A DNA stretch of 29,887 nucleotides from a virus (taxonomy: Duplodnaviria; Caudoviricetes), in the IMG/VR virus record IMGVR_UViG_3300027863_000129, positions 1 through 29,887 of that record, one strand, 5' to 3'. Position numbers and translations under genes: made by a program. The notes beneath the pieces are model-generated. The model worked only from the letters and a program-made list of their open reading frames with translations. It was not told the origin of the DNA and made no database searches. This document shows positions 24,524 through 29,887 of the stretch, one piece after another (the first letter of the stretch is position 1; each line of letters opens with the position of its first letter).

Positions 24524-24810
24524 TTGAAAAAAGAGAGAGAGTTCCGCAAAAGTTAGTAAGTTACTAACTATCTATATTTGAAGTAGTAACAAAAGAAGTT
24601 AGGTTAGTCTAACATTTTTAGGTATGCTTAATACAAATCTACATAAAGGGCTATTTTTGATGTTTTTTTGTTTCAGAGTAGAATTATACCACAAACTACT
24701 CTAAACACTCACCACGAGCAAATAAACGCACTTGTAGACGATTTTAGAATGGGGGTTAGATGTAGTTTTTCGGTATTCCCGAAATACTAATTTTAAAAAA
24801 CATTTTTTTC

Positions 24811-24838
24811 TTGACTTTTTGAAAAAAGTATGTATATT
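24811..24838 (+). promoter_or_regulatory. Promoter P4 (replication/recombination operon)
   Basis: TTGACT-N16-TATATT, followed by an AGGAGGT RBS. Confidence 0.75.
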
Positions 24839-24858
24839 AGAAAAGTAGGAGGTATAAA

Positions 24859-25320
24859 ATGAGTGCAGTAGGGCTATTAAAAAGAGTTTTGTTAGAGGAA
24901 GACAAGTATCCTAACTACATTACTTCAGAGGATTTAGTTGAAGATACTTTAGAGTTGGTTAAAGCGGATATTGCCAGTATCCGAATGGTATTGTTTGAGA
25001 TAGTGGAAAAATACCCGAAGACAGTTATAAGAGACTTTAATCACTGGCATTTTGCGTTGTATCATATCAATTTATCAAAGTTGATAGCAAAGATACTTGC
25101 AAGTGGCAATTCACCACAGAAAGGAAGTTGCAGGGTATTAACTCAATGTAATATGTTTAAAAATGAAAGCTTTAAAGACCCTGTTTGGTTAAAACAGGAA
25201 TATGTGATTAAAAACAGAAGTGCTAATAGCATAGCTAAAGAATGTGGTTGTATCAAAGAGACTATATGGCACTATGCTTGGAAATATGGTTTTAAGAAAT
25301 ACAAGAAGGAGGTAAAATGA
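24859..25320 (+). CDS. Protein with C-terminal HTH
   Basis: WLKQEYVIKNRSANSIAKECGCIKETIWHYAWKYG resembles the HTH modules of the HNH genes. Confidence 0.65.
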   Translation: MSAVGLLKRVLLEEDKYPNYITSEDLVEDTLELVKADIASIRMVLFEIVEKYPKTVIRDFNHWHFALYHINLSKLIAKILASGNSPQKGSCRVLTQCNMFKNESFKDPVWLKQEYVIKNRSANSIAKECGCIKETIWHYAWKYGFKKYKKEVK

Positions 25321-25484
25321 AACAATACAAATGTCCTATTTGTGGTGAAATATCAAACAAGCTTGATTGGAAAGTAACAGACAAGCTTGATGATGGTTGT
25401 ATTGTGGTAAGGTGTCCAAAATGTAAGGTATTGGTATTTAAGCATCACTTGGAAGAATATCAAAAAAACAAGGGGGATAGATGA
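25317..25484 (+). CDS. Small zinc-ribbon protein (55 aa)
   Basis: Not in the track. MKQYKCPICG...RCPKCK, AGGAGGT RBS, ATGA overlaps at both ends. Confidence 0.75.
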   Translation: MKQYKCPICGEISNKLDWKVTDKLDDGCIVVRCPKCKVLVFKHHLEEYQKNKGDR

Positions 25485-25960
25485 GTATATTAAATTACGA
25501 CCTGATAAGTGTGGATCCAGGAAAACGGTTGGGTGTTGCCCTATGGAAAGATAAAACGCTACGCTATTGTAACACCTTTGATTACAGCTTTAACACTATT
25601 TGGCAATTCTTGCTTAAAAATCCTGCAAAGCATTTGGCTATTGAGTTACAATATTACTACAACAATGCCAAAATCTTGATGGATTTGGTAGCATTACGAG
25701 CAGAAGTAACAACACTTTATAGGATTTGCAACCCTATGGGAGAAATTATAAAGGTGTCCGCGTCGGAGTGGCAAAAGGTGCTTGAGTTAGGTGCAAAAGC
25801 ACCAAGAAAGGAACGCAAAGAAGCGGCATTAGCTTACGCAGAGAAAATGACAGGGCAAATAATGCGTTCATTTGATACAGCCGATGCTGTATGTATAGGA
25901 ATTTATACAATTAATTTTATACTTGACAAAAACAAAAAAAGTGATATATTAGAAAATTAG
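25481..25960 (+). CDS. ruvC: RuvC-like Holliday junction resolvase
   Basis: ISVDPG..LGVALW, LAIE, SASEWQK and DTADAVCIG match the RuvC catalytic D/E/D-x-x-D layout. Confidence 0.8.
   Translation: MSILNYDLISVDPGKRLGVALWKDKTLRYCNTFDYSFNTIWQFLLKNPAKHLAIELQYYYNNAKILMDLVALRAEVTTLYRICNPMGEIIKVSASEWQKVLELGAKAPRKERKEAALAYAEKMTGQIMRSFDTADAVCIGIYTINFILDKNKKSDILEN
25923..25950 (+). promoter_or_regulatory. Promoter P5, inside the 3' end of ruvC
   Basis: TTGACA-N16-TATATT with TGn, followed by AGGAGGT. Confidence 0.7.
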
Positions 25961-25970
25961 GAGGTAGGGT

Positions 25971-26162
25971 ATGTCTGCTGTGATATTTGAACTTCTTGAA
26001 GAAACTACTGTGGTGTCATTTAATTTTAATAGAGATGATGGCACTGAAGTGCAAGGTATTATGAGAGTGAGCAATAGAACAGGTATTTATTATTTGAGCA
26101 AACCAAAGTTAACCCAAGAAGAAAAAGATATGTTAAAAAGAAGATTTTACGGAAAAAATTAG
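25971..26162 (+). CDS. Hypothetical protein
   Basis: 63 aa, AGGAGGT RBS. Confidence 0.7.
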   Translation: MSAVIFELLEETTVVSFNFNRDDGTEVQGIMRVSNRTGIYYLSKPKLTQEEKDMLKRRFYGKN

Positions 26163-26174
26163 GAGGTGTGAGTT

Positions 26175-26609
26175 ATGTTAAAAGTGTCTGATGAGCTTGG
26201 TAAAAAGCACGCAAGGGATTTTGGGAAAGAAAGTTGTAAAGTGTTAGAGTGGAACGAAGACGGTATTCAAAGGTTGATATTAAACATTAGGGGTGGTCAT
26301 TTTACTCAGTATTTGGGTATACCTAAAGATCACCCATTAGCGGGGCTTGATTACGAAGAACTACCTATTGGGTGCCACGGGGGGTTAACTTTTAGTGATG
26401 AAATTGATAGTAAATATTGTTCAGAAGATTTGTATTGGTATGGTTGGGATTATATGCATTTAGGTGATTATGATGAATTTAGTAAATCGGATAAGGATAA
26501 AGATTGGACTTTAGATGAGGTTATTGAAGACGGACAGCAAGCTTTTTATGATTTCAAAGTATTAAAAGAATTAGCAGAAAAAATAGCTGAAAAAAGCGAG
26601 GAGGAATAA
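26175..26609 (+). CDS. Conserved phage hypothetical protein
   Basis: YLGIPKDHPL...CHGGLTFS...YWYGWDYMH is a pattern I recognise from uncharacterised phage proteins. Confidence 0.7.
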   Translation: MLKVSDELGKKHARDFGKESCKVLEWNEDGIQRLILNIRGGHFTQYLGIPKDHPLAGLDYEELPIGCHGGLTFSDEIDSKYCSEDLYWYGWDYMHLGDYDEFSKSDKDKDWTLDEVIEDGQQAFYDFKVLKELAEKIAEKSEEE

Positions 26610-26612
26610 TTT

Positions 26613-27122
26613 ATGCAAATTACTGTGTCAAAGGTTGAGAAAAGGACAACCAAAAGCGGTAAAAGTTATACGATGGTAAACGGACAGTATTATTGTTGGA
26701 ACGAAAAACTGGTATTTGAACAAGGGGGAACATACGAGGTTGAGATTGAGGAAGGTCAATATCCTAAAATCACAAAACCAACAAAAGTAAATACTCAACC
26801 ACCCCAATCCCAACCCCAGAACGGATTTAGAAATAGTAATGGCGAGAATAGGGATAAGACAATGTTATTGGCATATGCAAAGGATATAGCCTTAAAGGTG
26901 ATAGAAAGGAGTGAAGAAAAAAACTCTTATCAACTTATGATTGATGGACTTAAGGTAACGGCTTTTGCTTACCATACATTGTCAAAACTATTAGAAAACC
27001 AAGAAAAAGGGTTTGATTTTTTAGCAAAATTACAAGCCGTTGAAGACGCTTGGAAACTCAAAGACACGCACAGTATATTAGAAGACAAAAAAGATGAACC
27101 AAACCCAGAGGAAGACTTATGA
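26613..27122 (+). CDS. Putative ssDNA-binding or recombination protein
   Basis: N-terminal OB-like beta region (TTKSGKSY...YEVEIEEGQYPKIT), a P/Q linker and an acidic tail. Lies near the exonuclease gene. Confidence 0.45.
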   Translation: MQITVSKVEKRTTKSGKSYTMVNGQYYCWNEKLVFEQGGTYEVEIEEGQYPKITKPTKVNTQPPQSQPQNGFRNSNGENRDKTMLLAYAKDIALKVIERSEEKNSYQLMIDGLKVTAFAYHTLSKLLENQEKGFDFLAKLQAVEDAWKLKDTHSILEDKKDEPNPEEDL

Positions 27123-27703
27123 AAAGAATTAATATAGACAAGGAGGTGTTGGAAGATTTATATGTTACTAAAAAAATGTCTTCAACAGAAGTAGCTAAAG
27201 AGTTAGGGGTAAGTAAAAATACAGTTTTAAGACGACTAAAAGAGTGTGGCATAAAAGTGAGGACAGCAAGTGAATCACACTCAATGGAATATATATCAAA
27301 CGAAACAAGAGAAAAGCGTAAAGTATGGTTAGGTAGATATTTTTCTGAAGAACACAAGCGAAAAATCAGTGAAACGGAAAAAGGCAAAAAGCTTTCCGAA
27401 GAAACTAAAAGGAAAATGAGTGAAGCCAAAAAAGGTGAAAAAAGTTCATCTTGGAAAGGTGGTAGAAAACTAACTTGGCATAGGCGTCTTGCTAAAAGAC
27501 GCCTTTTAGGCTTTAAACCGATAAATAAACCATTTGAAGGTTCTGAAGGACATCATTTACGAGATAAAGAAACTGTAATATATATTCCAAGAGAAATACA
27601 TCAAAGAATTCGTCATAATAACTGGACTGGAGAAGGAATGAATACTATAGATGCTTTATCTCTTCACTATTTAGAATTACAAATATTACAAGAGGTGGTT
27701 TAA
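27119..27703 (+). CDS. HTH + NUMOD3 + HNH-like homing endonuclease
   Basis: HTH (LYVTKKMSSTEVAKELGVSKNTV), NUMOD3 (SEEHKRKISE, LSEETKRKMSEAKKG) and a His-rich C-terminus (EGHH...IPREIHQRIRH). Confidence 0.75.
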   Translation: MKRINIDKEVLEDLYVTKKMSSTEVAKELGVSKNTVLRRLKECGIKVRTASESHSMEYISNETREKRKVWLGRYFSEEHKRKISETEKGKKLSEETKRKMSEAKKGEKSSSWKGGRKLTWHRRLAKRRLLGFKPINKPFEGSEGHHLRDKETVIYIPREIHQRIRHNNWTGEGMNTIDALSLHYLELQILQEVV

Positions 27704-28674
27704 TGGAAAACAAATATTTTAAAGATTTGTATGAAATAGTTGAAAATTTACACCCACAAAACAAAACCCCCCACATTGTGGGGGTTACCGATATTGTGGG
27801 TTCTGTGAAGGCATTAGCTTTGAAAAAGAAAGTGGATTTACCTGCAAATAGAAATAATTTATTTAGAGCGTTTAAAGGGACTGCCTTACACAATCAGATA
27901 GCAATGCTTTATGCTACAACAAAGATTAAGAATGAATTTTATTCTGATTACTTAAGGGCAGTTTTAAACGGTGATTATGTAGATATTAAACCTGAATTTT
28001 TAAGAGAGATAACAAAAGATGAAGATTATTTAGTTGAGTATCCCGTTAAATTGACAATTGATGATATTACAATCAAGGGTGTAATAGACTTGGTTTCGTT
28101 CCCAGATGAAAAGCTTGTAGATTGGAAAACTGCTTCTACTTACAAGTATGTTTTTGGGACTTATGCAAGCTATGAAAAACAGTTGTCAATATATAGATAT
28201 TTAGGAGTGAATACCGAAGAAAGATTATCTAAAATAACAAAAGCTGATATTGTTTTTTGGTGGGAAGGGTGGCAGTTGTCTAAAACCGCTCAAAGCGATT
28301 ATCCTAAAGAAGATACAACGGTGGTGCCTGTTAATGTAATGCCTATGGAAGATGTAGAGAAATATTTGTCGGAGCGTATTTATTTATACAAAAAGTTAAT
28401 AGAGTTACCACCCCAAGATTTATATGATTTAGATATTTGCTCTGATGATGAGAAGATGTTAAGACCTACAACTTATGCGGCAAGACACCCAAAACGCAAG
28501 AGTGCAGTAAAAGTATTTAATACAAAGATGGAAGCACAGATGTTTCTAAAAGACAATCAAGACAAAGATTATACGATTGAAGAACGAGAGGGTGTAATGA
28601 ATTGTGCACTGTATTGTAAGGGGGCACCATTTTGTAAGCAGGCACAGGAACAATTGTTTAAGTTGGAGAAGTAG
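27703..28674 (+). CDS. PD-(D/E)XK exonuclease (RecB/Cas4-like)
   Basis: GTALH, IKGVIDLV, LVDWKT and QLSIY motifs, with C-terminal CALYC...FC. Confidence 0.85.
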   Translation: MENKYFKDLYEIVENLHPQNKTPHIVGVTDIVGSVKALALKKKVDLPANRNNLFRAFKGTALHNQIAMLYATTKIKNEFYSDYLRAVLNGDYVDIKPEFLREITKDEDYLVEYPVKLTIDDITIKGVIDLVSFPDEKLVDWKTASTYKYVFGTYASYEKQLSIYRYLGVNTEERLSKITKADIVFWWEGWQLSKTAQSDYPKEDTTVVPVNVMPMEDVEKYLSERIYLYKKLIELPPQDLYDLDICSDDEKMLRPTTYAARHPKRKSAVKVFNTKMEAQMFLKDNQDKDYTIEEREGVMNCALYCKGAPFCKQAQEQLFKLEK

Positions 28675-28680
28675 GTTGTT

Positions 28681-29196
28681 ATGATTAGAAATGATATTAA
28701 AAAATACAACATAAGAATAAGAAAAATGCTAACAAAGGCTGCTAAAGCCCAAGTTAGCTATCCTGATTTTGTTCAAAGTAAGATATATTTCCCTACCATA
28801 CCACTAACGGGGTTTGTTTTTAACCCATATACTTATAAAGACTTAATATCATTTGATTTGGTTAATTCTGATTTTGTTTTAAACTGTCTTTACAGTGTTA
28901 AAGCTTTTGGTGAATTTAGATTTGAAAAAGAAGTTAAATATTACTTTCTTGCTTATATATCAATTAAGTATGACCAATCAGTAACAATATTAGCAAGACC
29001 TATCAGTAGAGATTTTTATTTGTTTTCAAGGGGTTATTGGAATTTGTTTAGAAGGGTTATGGATATTGGGTATAATATTGACGAGAAAGTTCAGTGGGAC
29101 AAAGCTTTTGACGATATAGAAAAATGTATTTCCCATAACATAATTGGAAAAGATTTGACAAAAGCACATTACTGGATAGGAGGTAATAATGAGTAA
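28681..29196 (+). CDS. Hypothetical protein
   Basis: 171 aa in the operon, overlapping the next gene. Confidence 0.65.
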   Translation: MIRNDIKKYNIRIRKMLTKAAKAQVSYPDFVQSKIYFPTIPLTGFVFNPYTYKDLISFDLVNSDFVLNCLYSVKAFGEFRFEKEVKYYFLAYISIKYDQSVTILARPISRDFYLFSRGYWNLFRRVMDIGYNIDEKVQWDKAFDDIEKCISHNIIGKDLTKAHYWIGGNNE

Positions 29197-29407
29197 AGTT
29201 ATAATAAAGACTAATATTCCAAAAGGAAAGTATTGTAAAGATTGTGGTTTTCTTACAGATATTGAGGGATTTTGTTTTATTTATGGTTATTTAAAATATT
29301 ATTGTGAAAAAGAGGCAGATTATGAAAGAGCGGGTGAGTGTAAACTGGAGTATCCAAATGGTAAAGTTGTTTTAGTTGTTGAAGGAGATGAGAGTGGTAA
29401 CTTGTAA
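29189..29407 (+). CDS. Small Cys-rich protein
   Basis: 72 aa with CKDC plus three further Cys. AGGAGGT RBS. Confidence 0.65.
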   Translation: MSKVIIKTNIPKGKYCKDCGFLTDIEGFCFIYGYLKYYCEKEADYERAGECKLEYPNGKVVLVVEGDESGNL

Positions 29408-29609
29408 ATTAATCAAAGATGGTAAAGAGTTAGATGTTGTTGGTATTGATTTTAAAAATCAGTATGTTGTTTACTATGATGAAACTCCTATGCTTAACTC
29501 TCCACTACAAAGTGTGTATGAGTTTTATCAGCAGTTACCTTTGTCGCAAGCCAAATTAAAGTTTATTGTAAGGGGTCAAGACAATGGGATTAGCATTAGT
29601 AGAGAATGA
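29388..29609 (+). CDS. Hypothetical protein (start 29388 or GTG 29394)
   Basis: AAGGAG RBS, overlaps both neighbours. Confidence 0.55.
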   Translation: MRVVTCKLIKDGKELDVVGIDFKNQYVVYYDETPMLNSPLQSVYEFYQQLPLSQAKLKFIVRGQDNGISISRE

Positions 29610-29887
29610 TTATTTGTCGCTATATAGCAAGTATTTGGATATAAAAAAAGTGGGTAATAATTATCTTGCCATTTGTCCTTTTCACGAAGACCACAACCCA
29701 AGCTTTGGTATCAATCCTGAAACAGGAGCATTCCATTGTTTTGGTTGTGGTATACACGGTAATTACAAAAGATTTTTAGAACTAATGGGGGTTGACAATA
29801 TGGGTGAATTTAAGAACAGTAATCTTGATTTAAATGATGTGGATAATGTAACAGTTTATGTTTACAAAGATTTGGATGGTAATGAAC
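29584..29887 (+). CDS. DNA primase N-terminus, CHC2 zinc finger (3'-truncated)
   Basis: Not in the track. MGLALVEND...AICPFHEDHNPSFGINPETGAFHCFGCG, open to the window end. Confidence 0.9.
   Translation, partial: MGLALVENDYLSLYSKYLDIKKVGNNYLAICPFHEDHNPSFGINPETGAFHCFGCGIHGNYKRFLELMGVDNMGEFKNSNLDLNDVDNVTVYVYKDLDGNE

Noticed and set aside
21978-27893. Short - strand ORFs (21978, 23109, 23384, 26628, 27058, 27645)
   Set aside because: They are antisense to well-supported + strand genes or promoters.
27703-28674. Cas4 as part of a CRISPR system
   Set aside because: It is a stand-alone PD-(D/E)XK nuclease in a recombination operon, with no array or cas1/cas2.
1-29887. Stop-codon reassignment, tRNA genes, integrase or att sites, terminase, lysis genes
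   Set aside because: Genes tile densely under the standard code with all three stops used. I saw no tRNA cloverleaf or recognisable integrase, terminase or lysin, and these may lie outside the window.

Overview
This is about 30 kb of an AT-rich tailed bacteriophage genome with a podovirus-like (P22/T7-type) virion module and no sign of host chromosome. The left part (1-18396, - strand) is the structural operon. In order of transcription it holds an HTH protein, portal, a free-standing NUMOD3/HNH endonuclease, a Gly-rich fibre with its chaperone, scaffold, major capsid protein, head-tail adaptor, tail nozzle, a GNAT-like protein and four probable DNA-ejection proteins. The last of these is an ORF of more than 1250 aa that runs off the left edge and is missing from the supplied track. 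The right part (+ strand) holds an early region (19.6-24.0 kb) with small ORFs, a beta-clamp (dnaN-like) gene and repeated promoter cassettes. A recombination/replication operon follows, with RuvC, an SSB-like protein, a second HNH, a PD-(D/E)XK exonuclease and a partial CHC2 primase. The most unusual signals are non-coding: (1) two inverted copies of a GC-rich hairpin-array element bracketing the early region; (2) an 18-nt complementary pair bracketing the head genes; (3) a twice-repeated RNA stem with an overlapping alternative hairpin before early RBSs; (4) 56-bp repeat cassettes carrying micro-ORFs; (5) a strand-polarised CAAGC(GGT) motif. Exposed virion proteins are strongly Glu-poor, which suggests an acidic habitat. 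All product calls come from motif recognition and synteny by eye, and no database search was run.
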